A stretch of DNA of 64,000 bases from a phage. Shown here piece after piece: positions 1 to 11,839 of this stretch. The DNA lies in the sequence record PZ543597.1; one strand, written 5' to 3'. The notes under the pieces are model-generated. The model was not told the DNA's origin. It saw only the letters and a program-made list of their open reading frames with translations, and searched no databases. The position numbers and the translations under genes are program-made. Within the stretch, counting starts at the first letter, position 1, and every line of letters begins with the position of its first letter.

Positions 1-1135
<1,135 letters not shown>

Positions 1136-1166
1136 TTAAAATCCTTTGGGGCCTTGCGGCCCCATG

Positions 1167-2624
1167 TTATGCTGGTGATAAAAAGGTAGAAAGTAGTACC
1201 CATTCGCCGTCTTTACGAACGTAAGCTTGGCCATCTTTTGGAGCTTCAGGAATATAACCTGCTTCTTGTAGAGCTTGAACGCTGCTCTGTAAAGAGGATA
1301 TATTGTCTTTAGCTGTATTTACTTCATGTGTGACTGCCGCAATGTTAGTTTCATTCGTTTTTATAGAATTAGTTAATCCTCGTTCTTCAACAGTTGATCC
1401 GTCAGGATTATTTCCATTTATAAGTGAAGTAAGTTCAATAACTTGACCTTTAATTCCTGTTCTATTATTTCCTATTTCAACTTGTATATTTTGAACATTA
1501 TTGTTTAAAACTGAAACTTCTCCTTCAAGCACTGAAACTTTATTTAATAGAGATCCAGAAGGAGACGGTTGTCCTCCGCTGGAGTCAGTTCCAACAATTT
1601 GATTTAACCACGAAACATTCGCTCTTAAACCAGACGAAGTGTTTTCACCAACAATTCCGTTTAAAGACTCAATAGAAGTTGTGTGATTTTTAATTTTTCC
1701 TTTAATACTAGAAGGAATATCATCTGAACCTATAGAAGTTTCAATAGCCGTTAAGCGCTGTTTAACACCTTCACTCTGATTTAATTCATTATTAATAGCT
1801 TCAATGCTACTTTTGTTATTATTAATTTCTGTTATTATAGAAACATTTTCTGGGTATCCAATAGAAGATTTAATTTCTGCTATATCAGAAATTATTAAAG
1901 TTTGTTTATCATCTATGGTGTTTAATCTATTATAAATATTTGGCCCAAAATCTACTGGTTTATTACCAAGTTCATCACGTAATTTACCAACTTCAACAGT
2001 TAATGATCCTACGTCAGATTCAGTAAATTTATTTTCTAATTCACTTAAACGACTGCCTTGTGAAGATAATAATGTACTATTTGTTATTATTCTGTGTTTC
2101 ATTCCTGTGCTAGCATTACCAACAACAGGAAGACCGTTAATGTCTTGGCCAGAATATTGTCCTAATTCCTGTTTAATCCACAATAAATCATTTCTAATTG
2201 TTCTATAAACAGAGTTTTCTTCATCATTAAATGGACCTATATCAGCAATAATTTTGTCAACTGTATTATTAGTTCCAGTTAATATATCAGTGTGTTCACT
2301 GGTAAGTGTCTTTAAATTCGATATGTCATTTTTATTAACACTGATCTGCGATAGTGCTTCTATATCTCCTGATACATCTAAAACTCCTTGAATTGTTTTA
2401 ATATCTTTCTGTGATGTTTCAATGGCAGTTTTAAGAATTCCCACATTTTCATCAAGAACTTCGACGTTTTTAAACACGGAAACAATTGGTCTATTCATTG
2501 ATCCATCATTTCCATACTTAGTACTAGCTCCTAATATTTCTTCACCATTTTTAATCCATGAAATACGTTCCTGACCTTCGTCAGGAACGCTATCAACAAA
2601 AGGTAACTCTTTTAATTCAATCAT
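1167..2624 (-). CDS. wac: fibritin (whisker antigen control)
   Basis: 485-aa ORF with long heptad-repeat region and C-terminal foldon [27 protein letters not shown]. Confidence 0.95.
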   Translation of the reverse strand: MIELKELPFVDSVPDEGQERISWIKNGEEILGASTKYGNDGSMNRPIVSVFKNVEVLDENVGILKTAIETSQKDIKTIQGVLDVSGDIEALSQISVNKNDISNLKTLTSEHTDILTGTNNTVDKIIADIGPFNDEENSVYRTIRNDLLWIKQELGQYSGQDINGLPVVGNASTGMKHRIITNSTLLSSQGSRLSELENKFTESDVGSLTVEVGKLRDELGNKPVDFGPNIYNRLNTIDDKQTLIISDIAEIKSSIGYPENVSIITEINNNKSSIEAINNELNQSEGVKQRLTAIETSIGSDDIPSSIKGKIKNHTTSIESLNGIVGENTSSGLRANVSWLNQIVGTDSSGGQPSPSGSLLNKVSVLEGEVSVLNNNVQNIQVEIGNNRTGIKGQVIELTSLINGNNPDGSTVEERGLTNSIKTNETNIAAVTHEVNTAKDNISSLQSSVQALQEAGYIPEAPKDGQAYVRKDGEWVLLSTFLSPA

Positions 2625-2633
2625 TTGTAATCC

Positions 2634-4184
2634 TTAGTAATGAACTTTAATAATATAGTTTAATGATATATTCCATGGTCTAGTTTCATAACCAATTAAT
2701 CCTTCACGATTAAGTGTACCATGAGCATCTCTCGGTCCACCTAATTCAAATCCATCATTAGTGAAGTATGAAGCATTATCCCAGTCGGAATATTTTCTAG
2801 TTCCAAGATATCCTTGATAAACTGACGCGCCAAATGGGCCTTCACTTCTGTTATATTCACCCCAACCACCAGCATGTTTATGGTATGACATTTGTTGTGC
2901 CTGAACACCACCAACATGCATTCCGTCACATCCTACGCCCAGTCTATCCTTTCCATAGCCATCTTGTCCACGTTGATTTAAAATATGACCGCCTGTGCCG
3001 GCTCCTCTGACGAAAAGACCCCGCATATCAGGAACGCCAGGATTATTCCAATCGCCACCAAATCTTGTTCCAACTACGTTTCTATAATCAGGAAATTGGT
3101 CACCTGACACGGTTCCACCATGACACATAATCCAACCTGGAGGTGCTGAATCACCCGCAAACATCATAATAGTTCCAACCGGAACTCGTTCGGACGCATA
3201 TCTTTCAGTGGCAACAGGTTGATCGCCATTTTTCCACATTCCACCGCGTGACCAAATTCCATTTGCTGTAAGATGGTCTAAATTTAAAGAACCATTAATA
3301 GTTTGTCCACCACGAGTATTAATTACATCTGCGTTCCATGCTAATGCTCCAGAGCTATCACCTTCAGGGGCAATACCGGCTTGCGTCGTTAATTTAACTA
3401 CTCCACGCATAGAACCGGTAGCTCCTCGACCATTTAGTGTTTCACCTGTTACTGCAACACCACCCAAATTATTATTAATTTCAGTCTGCGTTCCTAGGCG
3501 TATAACACCCTTATATTCATGTGTTGCAACAGAATTCATAAAGGTATACGGGGAAATTGCATATCCTTCGCGGAGAGTTCCTTGACGAATTTGTGCAACA
3601 GTAGATAATTGAACTACTCCTCTCACCGATTCTGTTGCAGTGTCTTCTGAAGGAGCTATTTGCGAAATTAATTTTATTGCAAGTTTTTGGGTTTTTAGCG
3701 GAGTCATCGCAGTAGTATCATCAACTCCAGCCAAAGCTGCAGGTGTAGATGATATTTTAATAACCCCGTTTGATGACTCAGACGAATATCTATTTTTGAA
3801 CACATCGTCAGTGTGGTATTTCAGTTTTTGTGGTGTTATTGATGAATTATTATCTGAGCCTTTTAATGTTTCTTCATTTGTTGAATAACGCGTTAAACCA
3901 TATTTAGTTTCAGTAGCATTTGGATACAATAATCTTGTTGCTAATGTAGCTGGTGTAACGATTTTAGAATTATTAGTTCCATCTAAAACCTCTTGCTCTG
4001 ACGCAATCATTGCTATTCCTTTAACTTCCATAGTTGCATCAGGAATACCATTTACGCCGATATTACTTATTTTTGATAATGCAGACTGTACTGTCGTAAC
4101 AGTGCCAGGAAAATTCGATCCAGTAGGATCGAATTTAACATATTTTGATTCATTTGATACGTGCTGATATGTATTGTTACTCAT
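2634..4184 (-). CDS. 12: short tail fibre gp12
   Basis: 516-aa ORF between gene 11 and wac, Gly/Asn-rich fibre-like sequence; T4 synteny. Confidence 0.9.
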   Translation of the reverse strand: MSNNTYQHVSNESKYVKFDPTGSNFPGTVTTVQSALSKISNIGVNGIPDATMEVKGIAMIASEQEVLDGTNNSKIVTPATLATRLLYPNATETKYGLTRYSTNEETLKGSDNNSSITPQKLKYHTDDVFKNRYSSESSNGVIKISSTPAALAGVDDTTAMTPLKTQKLAIKLISQIAPSEDTATESVRGVVQLSTVAQIRQGTLREGYAISPYTFMNSVATHEYKGVIRLGTQTEINNNLGGVAVTGETLNGRGATGSMRGVVKLTTQAGIAPEGDSSGALAWNADVINTRGGQTINGSLNLDHLTANGIWSRGGMWKNGDQPVATERYASERVPVGTIMMFAGDSAPPGWIMCHGGTVSGDQFPDYRNVVGTRFGGDWNNPGVPDMRGLFVRGAGTGGHILNQRGQDGYGKDRLGVGCDGMHVGGVQAQQMSYHKHAGGWGEYNRSEGPFGASVYQGYLGTRKYSDWDNASYFTNDGFELGGPRDAHGTLNREGLIGYETRPWNISLNYIIKVHY

Positions 4185-4840
4185 GCTACTCTCTCAAAAT
4201 AATAAAATACTGTAGGTTGTGTGTGACTATCTAGCGTAACAGTTTGCGCACCTAATAATTGCCAAGTTCCATACCCAGGTTTAGAAGGAGAAATTATTTC
4301 CTGTTTGAAAGTAATTCCTTTATCAGAGTATTGTTCTAAGATATGTTCTTGGTTATCTAAATACTTAACTTGTATTTTATTTCCTATGGTAGGATGGTCT
4401 TCAAATGAATCAATTGCAATAAATTTTACAACCATTTCCTGTAGAGCTATTCTAACGGCACTAGTAAATTCAATTGAAGTCATTCCATTAGTAGCTTTAA
4501 CTGGAATACCAAACATGTTAACAATAACTGGGTCACCTGATTTGACTGAAGTATCAGTAACAGTTCCTTCAAATGACCAATAGTCGGTTTGTTGCACGCC
4601 AGTAGGAGATACGCCGCTTATATTAACTAATACAGCTCCAACCGGTTGCTCTGCCATATTTCTAACATCATTGATAGCAGATTCTACATTCGGGTCATAA
4701 AAACCTTTTGCTATTTGTGAAATTGTTACAGCGCCTACTGGCTGATTATTCATAACCGAAATATCATTTTTCTTAGTTCTAAAACCAAGAAAATCTGCTA
4801 AGCGGGAAATAACTCCCGCTTTATTATTAAGTAAACTCAT
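4181..4840 (-). CDS. 11: baseplate wedge protein gp11
   Basis: 219 aa from the ATG (4840..4838) that overlaps the gene 10 stop; begins [14 protein letters not shown]; the track ORF extends 6 codons upstream from a TTG. Confidence 0.85.
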   Translation of the reverse strand: MSLLNNKAGVISRLADFLGFRTKKNDISVMNNQPVGAVTISQIAKGFYDPNVESAINDVRNMAEQPVGAVLVNISGVSPTGVQQTDYWSFEGTVTDTSVKSGDPVIVNMFGIPVKATNGMTSIEFTSAVRIALQEMVVKFIAIDSFEDHPTIGNKIQVKYLDNQEHILEQYSDKGITFKQEIISPSKPGYGTWQLLGAQTVTLDSHTQPTVFYYFERVA

Positions 4841-6645
4841 TATGCAATCCTTATCCAACGGTATACAGTAATAGACGGTTGAATATTACTAATATTAGTA
4901 GGAGGAGTATGTGAAGAGTTTGTTGTTGCGTAGTCTTCACGATATTTTGTATATATAGGACCAGTTTCGTCTGGGTCATATTGACAACCTCCAATAATAA
5001 CTGATCCGTTTTCATCTTCAATTAAAACTTTTTCATCAGTTTTAGTCGCAGGAAGATTTGCGTTCTCAAGTGTCACCGATGTTGTTCCAACTGTTCCACC
5101 GGCAGTATGTGAAGGATTTCCGCTAGAATCTAAATCATTATTGTTTAAAGCAAAGTTTGGATCCGTAACATCATCATTCCATCCTACTAAAACTTGTCCT
5201 TTACCAAATAATTTCCATGAACCAAATCCCATATAAGTCACCGGATTATTTGGATTTATAGCATTTTCATAAATTGAACCTACAGGATAAATGCTATCGA
5301 AAATAGATGATATTGAATTATACGTTCTAGTATAAGAATCAACTTTTTCAACATTTGGCCAACCGATTTTATCAAAATCTGTTAAGGCTACATCACCAGT
5401 AACTTCGGTAGATGATCCTTTACTAACATAACGGTCATCCGTTAATTCAATGATGTCATCTTTTTCTAAAAGAGTTCCTAAATCATTATTGAACCACGTT
5501 ATAACGATTATATCACCTGATTCAAATTTTCTATCAAATAAAAGACTGACAGGTTTTCCATCTTCATATTCTATAGAATAATCTGTGTTAGATTCTTTCC
5601 ATTCACCACCAAGAGATATACATCCTGCTTGCGTATCTGAGTTAGCACCTTCACACAAAAACAGAGGATATCCTGCTGTTCCAGCTTGTTGTTGTAAAAT
5701 TCCATTAAAACGAACTTCAAGAGAATTAGGATTAATAGGTTCTCCAGGAATTAATCCAAATGCAGAGAATGGAATTGATTTCATTGTTGATAAATCAGTA
5801 ACGTAAATACTTCCTTCTAAAGAAGTTTTTGACGTTAATTTTGAATCTAATACTTTTATTTGGCGTCTTGTATATGAACTTCTCCATTGTGATATACCAT
5901 CCATAAATGTTTCAATTTGAACAGTGTCACCAATATTACAAGGCTGTCTTAACCTAATATTAAATCCATCAAGAGGAATCAATTCTCCTTCATTTTCCCC
6001 AGGAGAGCCAAAGTCACTGTTTTCACTAAATACATCGCCGTAATATAATTCATTACCACGGTGTTTTACTCGGATGTTATTAACATTATAGCTAGTTCCG
6101 CGGAAAACATCTAAAAAGTCTGTTTGTCCTTGAACTTCGACTAAAAATTCTTTACGTGCTACATTACTAATATCTGAACTAATAATTTTGTCAATTTGTT
6201 TGTTTTTGACATATTCCCAACGTCCTGGAGCACAATAAACGAGCTCTAAATCACTAAATTGAATATTAATTTCAACTGACGATGACGACCCTTTAATTGT
6301 ATCCCCAGAAGCAGCTACTAAAGTAACTGGATTAATGTTCCATGTTGCAAATACATCCCTAGCTCTAATTACTTTATTATAATCATTAACAGTTCCTTTA
6401 GGAAGTTGTAAAGTTACTCTTCCAGAAGAGGTATTAATAGCGTATGATTTTCCCCACTTAGCTTTTAATGTTTGACCGGATGAAGCATTATAAGTTTTCC
6501 AGGCACCGGCTGAATATGGAACATCTCCATCGCCAAGTTCATAATAAAGTTCATCAAAGTTTTCATTTATTTTTATACCACCTTTACGCAGGTAGTCACC
6601 GGTACCATCATCAACAACATTACCGATATTAATATTTTGTTTCAT
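4840..6645 (-). CDS. 10: baseplate wedge protein gp10
   Basis: 601-aa ORF; size and synteny with T4 gp10. Confidence 0.9.
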   Translation of the reverse strand: MKQNINIGNVVDDGTGDYLRKGGIKINENFDELYYELGDGDVPYSAGAWKTYNASSGQTLKAKWGKSYAINTSSGRVTLQLPKGTVNDYNKVIRARDVFATWNINPVTLVAASGDTIKGSSSSVEINIQFSDLELVYCAPGRWEYVKNKQIDKIISSDISNVARKEFLVEVQGQTDFLDVFRGTSYNVNNIRVKHRGNELYYGDVFSENSDFGSPGENEGELIPLDGFNIRLRQPCNIGDTVQIETFMDGISQWRSSYTRRQIKVLDSKLTSKTSLEGSIYVTDLSTMKSIPFSAFGLIPGEPINPNSLEVRFNGILQQQAGTAGYPLFLCEGANSDTQAGCISLGGEWKESNTDYSIEYEDGKPVSLLFDRKFESGDIIVITWFNNDLGTLLEKDDIIELTDDRYVSKGSSTEVTGDVALTDFDKIGWPNVEKVDSYTRTYNSISSIFDSIYPVGSIYENAINPNNPVTYMGFGSWKLFGKGQVLVGWNDDVTDPNFALNNNDLDSSGNPSHTAGGTVGTTSVTLENANLPATKTDEKVLIEDENGSVIIGGCQYDPDETGPIYTKYREDYATTNSSHTPPTNISNIQPSITVYRWIRIA

Positions 6646-7511
6646 TATTGAGCCACCCCGATTTTCTGCGTAGCGATAACTTTAACTGCTGCTCTCATAC
6701 CGACAGTTGAAGAACTTATAGTTGCCGTTACATAATTTTCTTTAATACTAAATGCAATATTAGCGATTTCGTCTTCTTCTGTTTCATTTCCAACCCGCAT
6801 GACAGCATATTCAGAAGAAATGACCGCTGAATTAACAGTATCTACAAGAATATTTATTTCTGCCGTTTTAATTTTTCTTCCATCTACTGATTGGCATGTA
6901 ACTAACAATTTAGCCATGTTATATTCAGTACGATGAAACAATGGAATGTCAACTGACCCAGATGTAGAAATATTCCATGTACCTTCGGCCGGTGATTCCT
7001 TTTGACCAAACATACTTTCAATAGAATAATTCCAAACCGACGTAGAATTATCAGATGAAATACAACGTAAAGTAACTTTACTATATGGACTAGTTACTAC
7101 TAAATTACCTGAAACGCCTTTAATTGAATCAATAGCCTGAATCGTTAAAGGATTAGTAACTGATATTGATCCATTAGAGTTAATGAATTCAACACAATCG
7201 CCAAGTTCTCCTCTTTCAATAATAACTTTAACACCTACAGTAGAGGTATCAATATCATGTCTAGTGCCAACTTTCACTGGAGTTGCGTACTCCGCGATAG
7301 AGTGCTTTTGATAATATCCAGTAGCATGGATAATTTGACCATCTGCTCCAGTGCCATTTGCTACTGCCATTTTACGCTGATCGCCAAACGCATTATAAAT
7401 TGCGTTAAAATCACTATTAATTTTATTACCACCGTCGAATAAGATATCACCAGTAGAAGCGTTACCAATTTCGCCGGTATCAATCAATTTCTTTGGTTCT
7501 TGAATGAACAT
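6645..7511 (-). CDS. 9: baseplate wedge / long-tail-fibre socket protein gp9
   Basis: 288-aa ORF, same length as T4 gp9; synteny. Confidence 0.9.
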   Translation of the reverse strand: MFIQEPKKLIDTGEIGNASTGDILFDGGNKINSDFNAIYNAFGDQRKMAVANGTGADGQIIHATGYYQKHSIAEYATPVKVGTRHDIDTSTVGVKVIIERGELGDCVEFINSNGSISVTNPLTIQAIDSIKGVSGNLVVTSPYSKVTLRCISSDNSTSVWNYSIESMFGQKESPAEGTWNISTSGSVDIPLFHRTEYNMAKLLVTCQSVDGRKIKTAEINILVDTVNSAVISSEYAVMRVGNETEEDEIANIAFSIKENYVTATISSSTVGMRAAVKVIATQKIGVAQ

Positions 7512-7535
7512 AGCGGTTTCCTTATGAGTTTATAG

Positions 7536-7543
7536 TATTTATA
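7536..7543 (-). promoter_or_regulatory. T4-type late promoter (TATAAATA) for gene 9
   Basis: Reverse complement of 7536-7543 is TATAAATA, about 25 nt upstream of the gene 9 start. Confidence 0.6.
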
Positions 7544-7569
7544 AAGAAAAAGGGAGCCCATGGGCTCCC
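7541..7569 (-). terminator. intrinsic terminator downstream of gene 8
   Basis: GC hairpin gggagccca/tgggctccc (7552-7569) followed on the minus strand by a U-run. Confidence 0.6.
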
Positions 7570-7574
7570 TTAAT

Positions 7575-8579
7575 TTAAAATGTAAACAGAATATTGATTT
7601 CTTCTGTCTGATCCATTGCCATGATAATAGGTGGCCTATTTTCCATATAAATCATTTCGCCCGAATGCCTCATTAAATCTTCTGGATCATAATAATCCTT
7701 TTCAGCTTTAACATTTGGGTCATTTGGATGAGCTTTAGCTTCAAGAGGATTTGTGATTATTGATATTTGTCTAAATCCTTTATTTCCTGGCAATGCAGCA
7801 TCAGGAAAGTAAACTGAATCTAAATATGCTTTAAAACGGATAGTATTTGCCTTAACCCGGTAAATTAATCCAAAATCATCTTGTTGCCAAGTGAGATTAT
7901 CTTCATACCCCCATCTAGTTGGGTCTTCTTTTAATTCCTCAGGCCAAGGAACTACGATATATTCATTTGTGCATCTATTTATAGATACATCGGGCGGAAT
8001 CTCAAAAAGATATTCCCAAACATATCCGTCTCCAGGTTCGATTGTTCCTTCCGCATCTCCTCGACCTTCAGGAGGAGTCATTGACCTAACAGAAGGAGTC
8101 CATTTTCCGCCTAATTTGAGGCATTCATCCTTATTAGTTAAAGATGCTATTGAACACATTCCGGTATCAGGAACATCTAAACAACGATATACTAACCAGC
8201 CTGCGCCTGATTCAGTAGCGTTGTAAGGAGCTGAGTTACACACTACAATATCGTTAATTCTAAATGTGTATGGATCCGGATATCTAGTATCTCCCCAATC
8301 TCTGCGAGGAATAACAGCATCAAGCATTGATGGAAGAACTTTTACTGTTCCCATCATATGCGTCCACATGTCAGTTACGCCTAATACAGAATCGGTTGGA
8401 TAAGGTGGGGCAAAGCCCACCTCATTTTCATTTGATGACCACGGTTCTGATCTTCCAAATGTGATAAAGATAGTGTTTTTATCCGGACCACTTCCAATTG
8501 AATTATAAAAATTCAGCATTTTTTCTGTTCTAAATTTTGAAGTAACTATCGCACGATAGATAACACTTGAATCATTCAT
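7575..8579 (-). CDS. 8: baseplate wedge protein gp8
   Basis: 334-aa ORF, same length as T4 gp8; synteny. Confidence 0.9.
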   Translation of the reverse strand: MNDSSVIYRAIVTSKFRTEKMLNFYNSIGSGPDKNTIFITFGRSEPWSSNENEVGFAPPYPTDSVLGVTDMWTHMMGTVKVLPSMLDAVIPRRDWGDTRYPDPYTFRINDIVVCNSAPYNATESGAGWLVYRCLDVPDTGMCSIASLTNKDECLKLGGKWTPSVRSMTPPEGRGDAEGTIEPGDGYVWEYLFEIPPDVSINRCTNEYIVVPWPEELKEDPTRWGYEDNLTWQQDDFGLIYRVKANTIRFKAYLDSVYFPDAALPGNKGFRQISIITNPLEAKAHPNDPNVKAEKDYYDPEDLMRHSGEMIYMENRPPIIMAMDQTEEINILFTF

Positions 8580-10212
8580 CTATTTTAACCTGTGTTGGAT
8601 TTTCAGGGTCTCTTGGATTTCCTATATTATCTTTTAGACGTTTATTAACTAAATCCCTAAATTGCGCAAATGTTGTTCCAGAAGCATCAAATAGGGGACT
8701 CATTAATTTACGTCGTTCAGACGGCAATTGACCTTGAAATATTGAATTATTATTTTCAGCATTATAGTCATCAGGAAGAGGATATTCTACACCAGCCATT
8801 GGGCCAGGCTCATAAATTGCTTCGCCTGTTACTGAATCATACTCAATTTCACCGGTTGGAGTTAATTTAGCTACTCTATCAGCATATTCAGTAGGCAATC
8901 CAGAATCCCATTTATAGTTTTTGTATTTATTAATTATAGTCTCTGTATGTTTAAGAGTTAAACCAACATTAATAAACATCGTTAAAAGGGTAATTGCTAT
9001 AAATCCAAATCCTACTGGATGAACAAAACGAATAACGTCAGATTTCCAGCGGGAAGAAGGTAAATTGGATTTAATTTTCATTACATAGTATGATCTACTT
9101 CTATTAATATAGTCTATATTGTTTTGAAGCAAATCCTTTCCTTTAACTCCACGAATAATTTCGCCTTCAAAACTAGGGAGTCTTTCTGCTTTAACTTCTT
9201 GACCAGCAATTAATCTTCCCAAAAGATTATGAATAGTTACGGTCCATTGCAATTTACCATTAGAATAACTTCTTTCTATATAAGTAACATTACATCTTCC
9301 TGTGGCTGTATAAATCGTTTGTCCTACTAAATCTTCAGTCAAAGAATCAGATTGAACGATTATGTCATATTCAGTACCAGCCCCAGATTCAATTTCAATT
9401 TCAACTTCTTCATTATAAAGAACTTTAAAAAGAAATTTGTATGATGCTTCAATTCCTTTAGTAGAATAAAAATCATAACTACGTGATTCAAAAAATCTTG
9501 CAACAGCATCACGTTTGTCAGCATTTAAATAAATGTTTCTTTTATATATCTCTGACCACAAATATTCCCACGCATGCTCTTCTCGTGGATACTGATTACG
9601 AATTAAATTTCGTAAATTATTATACTGAGTTCCGTATCCGTCAGAAAGATATTGAATATATGCTTCACAAAATGCCTCAAAATTCGAATCCTGCAACAAA
9701 TAAGAATCAGGCATCATTGTGCCAATTAATGGTCTTAAATCAGGGTCAGCTAATCCATGCTCTTCTTCTGGCGACCAAGGAGTCTCATGCTCTTGGTTTT
9801 GTAAAAATGCTTTTAAAAATACTCCAGTCGGCTTCCAAATAATTTCTACTGTATCTCTCACACGATAGTTAAAATCATAATAAGAAATTATTTCACCAGA
9901 AGATTTATAAAAAAGCATCCCAGACGCATATTTTTTAAATCCCGTGAATTTAACATTTGGCATTACTATCGTACAATCACCATCATCCCAGTATTCATGA
10001 ACTAATCTATCTGGTGATGTTTCCGGAATATTTTCTATAACTTTAGTGTATTTTAAATCAGCATAAACTACTACAGCTCTATTAGAGTTGTTTATCCAGC
10101 ACCGTGTATTAGACTTTTTAGACCAGTTAAAGAATGGTTCTGCATAGTATTTCATTGGCTGAGGCGTAAAAGTTTCCCAATCAGACTTTTCATCTGCTAT
10201 AAATGCCATCAT
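8572..10212 (-). CDS. 7: baseplate wedge protein gp7, C-terminal fragment (gene split by tandem duplication)
   Basis: 546-aa ORF beginning MMAFIADEKSDWETF..., which repeats the last 55 aa of the upstream fragment; the two pieces minus the repeat total about 1027 aa, close to T4 gp7. Confidence 0.8.
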   Translation of the reverse strand: MMAFIADEKSDWETFTPQPMKYYAEPFFNWSKKSNTRCWINNSNRAVVVYADLKYTKVIENIPETSPDRLVHEYWDDGDCTIVMPNVKFTGFKKYASGMLFYKSSGEIISYYDFNYRVRDTVEIIWKPTGVFLKAFLQNQEHETPWSPEEEHGLADPDLRPLIGTMMPDSYLLQDSNFEAFCEAYIQYLSDGYGTQYNNLRNLIRNQYPREEHAWEYLWSEIYKRNIYLNADKRDAVARFFESRSYDFYSTKGIEASYKFLFKVLYNEEVEIEIESGAGTEYDIIVQSDSLTEDLVGQTIYTATGRCNVTYIERSYSNGKLQWTVTIHNLLGRLIAGQEVKAERLPSFEGEIIRGVKGKDLLQNNIDYINRSRSYYVMKIKSNLPSSRWKSDVIRFVHPVGFGFIAITLLTMFINVGLTLKHTETIINKYKNYKWDSGLPTEYADRVAKLTPTGEIEYDSVTGEAIYEPGPMAGVEYPLPDDYNAENNNSIFQGQLPSERRKLMSPLFDASGTTFAQFRDLVNKRLKDNIGNPRDPENPTQVKIDE

Positions 10213-10231
10213 ATGATAATGCTTATCAGCT
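10063..10231. repeat. tandem duplication copy 1 (169 bp) inside gene 7
   Basis: ataaactactacagctct...gcttatcagct read directly from the sequence; identical to 10232-10400. Confidence 0.95.
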
Positions 10232-11839
10232 ATAAACTACTACAGCTCTATTAGAGTTGTTTATCCAGCACCGTGTATTAGACTTTTTAGACCAGTTAAA
10301 GAATGGTTCTGCATAGTATTTCATTGGCTGAGGCGTAAAAGTTTCCCAATCAGACTTTTCATCTGCTATAAATGCCATCATATGATAATGCTTATCAGCT
10401 AACCATTCACGAGGAAATTCATATTTAACGGCACCGATTAACTGATATTTTGCTACAGTTTCAGGGTCATTAACAACGTTATCATTTAAAAATTTAAAAT
10501 TACTCGAAGATAGAGAAACTAATTTACCATCAGTTGACATATTCGCATACCCAGGTTGAATACGTCTTCTTTCTTCTTCAGTGTTGCCAAAAACTCTTTT
10601 CCACGTTTTTGTGTCATGATTTAAAACATATATTCCTTTATCAGTAGAATCAATTATTTTTGACGTTCTAGGATTAGCATTTAATGTTTCAACTTCACCG
10701 ATAATAAGAGCAAAAACTTTATCACCAATAGAATCCATTTTATAGCATACTGCTTTAGGATTTCCAGTTATAGTCATTGTATCAGGTTCAAATAGCCTTT
10801 CCGAATATGTTGGAGATAATGGATCAGAATCTATAGGTGCATTGCTCGTTTTTATATATCTAACTTTATCTCTGGCAACAACATAGATATAATCATCCGT
10901 ACAAGTAATGGCTTCAGCTATACGATATACATTCGCTGGTAAAGTCGCATAAGTACCAAAGATTTCTACATCAAATCCTAAATGTAACTGGTCGCCAAGT
11001 TTAGCAAATGTTATATCCTGCGAACTGAATCTGACATCATCTGCTGACCATCTAACGTCAGTCGATTTACGGCCATAGAAAATCTTGTCGTATCCTAGAA
11101 CGTATGTTGTGTTCGCAGATTGGTAATATACTGTCTTAGATAAAGGATATCCTACACGGTCATTGAAGAGCTTTACGGCTTTCCAGGTTTGTCCTTTATC
11201 ATTGGATACTTTAACTACAGGTTGATAGCGCTCAAAAAGATATAGAATTCCTTCTGATTCCATCAAATAAACTCGGTTAATATCCTTACATACTTGCTGA
11301 ATAGAACCTTGTATTTCATGATACTCATTTTCACCAATAATAAAATTACTTATTGATGAAACATCAACATACGATGGGCTGAATTGAAATGATTCATTCA
11401 TCAATGCAGCCATTATAGTGTCATTGTTAAAATTAACATAATCAGAATTATTAAGAGTAAATTTTTCCTGAATGAATTTATTGGCTAATTGCATTTCAAT
11501 CATGTTTTGAAATGTATAAGCATTTGTAGCAAAAGTTTCAAACTCTTCGGTATAAATCCAATCAGACTGCTCAAAATCTTGCGCAGCTGTAGCTACTCTG
11601 ATAATGTATGATGTCAATGGGTCAGCATCATCAAAAAAGAAGCTGTTATTTGCAGTATATCCTAAGTTAATCCATCTGTATTGATTACTCGGGAGATTTT
11701 CCCCCGAGTTCGTTTTTGTCTCAGCGATTTCTACAAAATAGTAGAAATTAGCACCAACGTCATCCCAGCGTACTTGCACCTGATTTGCGGATAACTTGGA
11801 AATTCTGAGACTAGTGACTGAAGGTGCTTTTACTGTCAT
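10226..11839 (-). CDS. 7: baseplate wedge protein gp7, N-terminal fragment (terminated by frameshift at the duplication junction)
   Basis: 537-aa ORF ending ...NSNRAVVVYS*; the stop arises directly at the junction of the two 169-bp copies. Confidence 0.8.
   Translation of the reverse strand: MTVKAPSVTSLRISKLSANQVQVRWDDVGANFYYFVEIAETKTNSGENLPSNQYRWINLGYTANNSFFFDDADPLTSYIIRVATAAQDFEQSDWIYTEEFETFATNAYTFQNMIEMQLANKFIQEKFTLNNSDYVNFNNDTIMAALMNESFQFSPSYVDVSSISNFIIGENEYHEIQGSIQQVCKDINRVYLMESEGILYLFERYQPVVKVSNDKGQTWKAVKLFNDRVGYPLSKTVYYQSANTTYVLGYDKIFYGRKSTDVRWSADDVRFSSQDITFAKLGDQLHLGFDVEIFGTYATLPANVYRIAEAITCTDDYIYVVARDKVRYIKTSNAPIDSDPLSPTYSERLFEPDTMTITGNPKAVCYKMDSIGDKVFALIIGEVETLNANPRTSKIIDSTDKGIYVLNHDTKTWKRVFGNTEEERRRIQPGYANMSTDGKLVSLSSSNFKFLNDNVVNDPETVAKYQLIGAVKYEFPREWLADKHYHMMAFIADEKSDWETFTPQPMKYYAEPFFNWSKKSNTRCWINNSNRAVVVYS
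10232..10400. repeat. tandem duplication copy 2 (169 bp) inside gene 7
   Basis: Identical to 10063-10231 by base-by-base comparison; a 169-bp period is not a multiple of 3. Confidence 0.95.

Noticed and set aside
10063-10400. Gene 7 tandem repeat considered as a CRISPR array or a programmed-frameshift element
   Set aside because: There are only two long identical units with no spacers and no cas genes, and the junction creates an immediate stop rather than a slippery site; a duplication (real or artefactual) is the simplest explanation.
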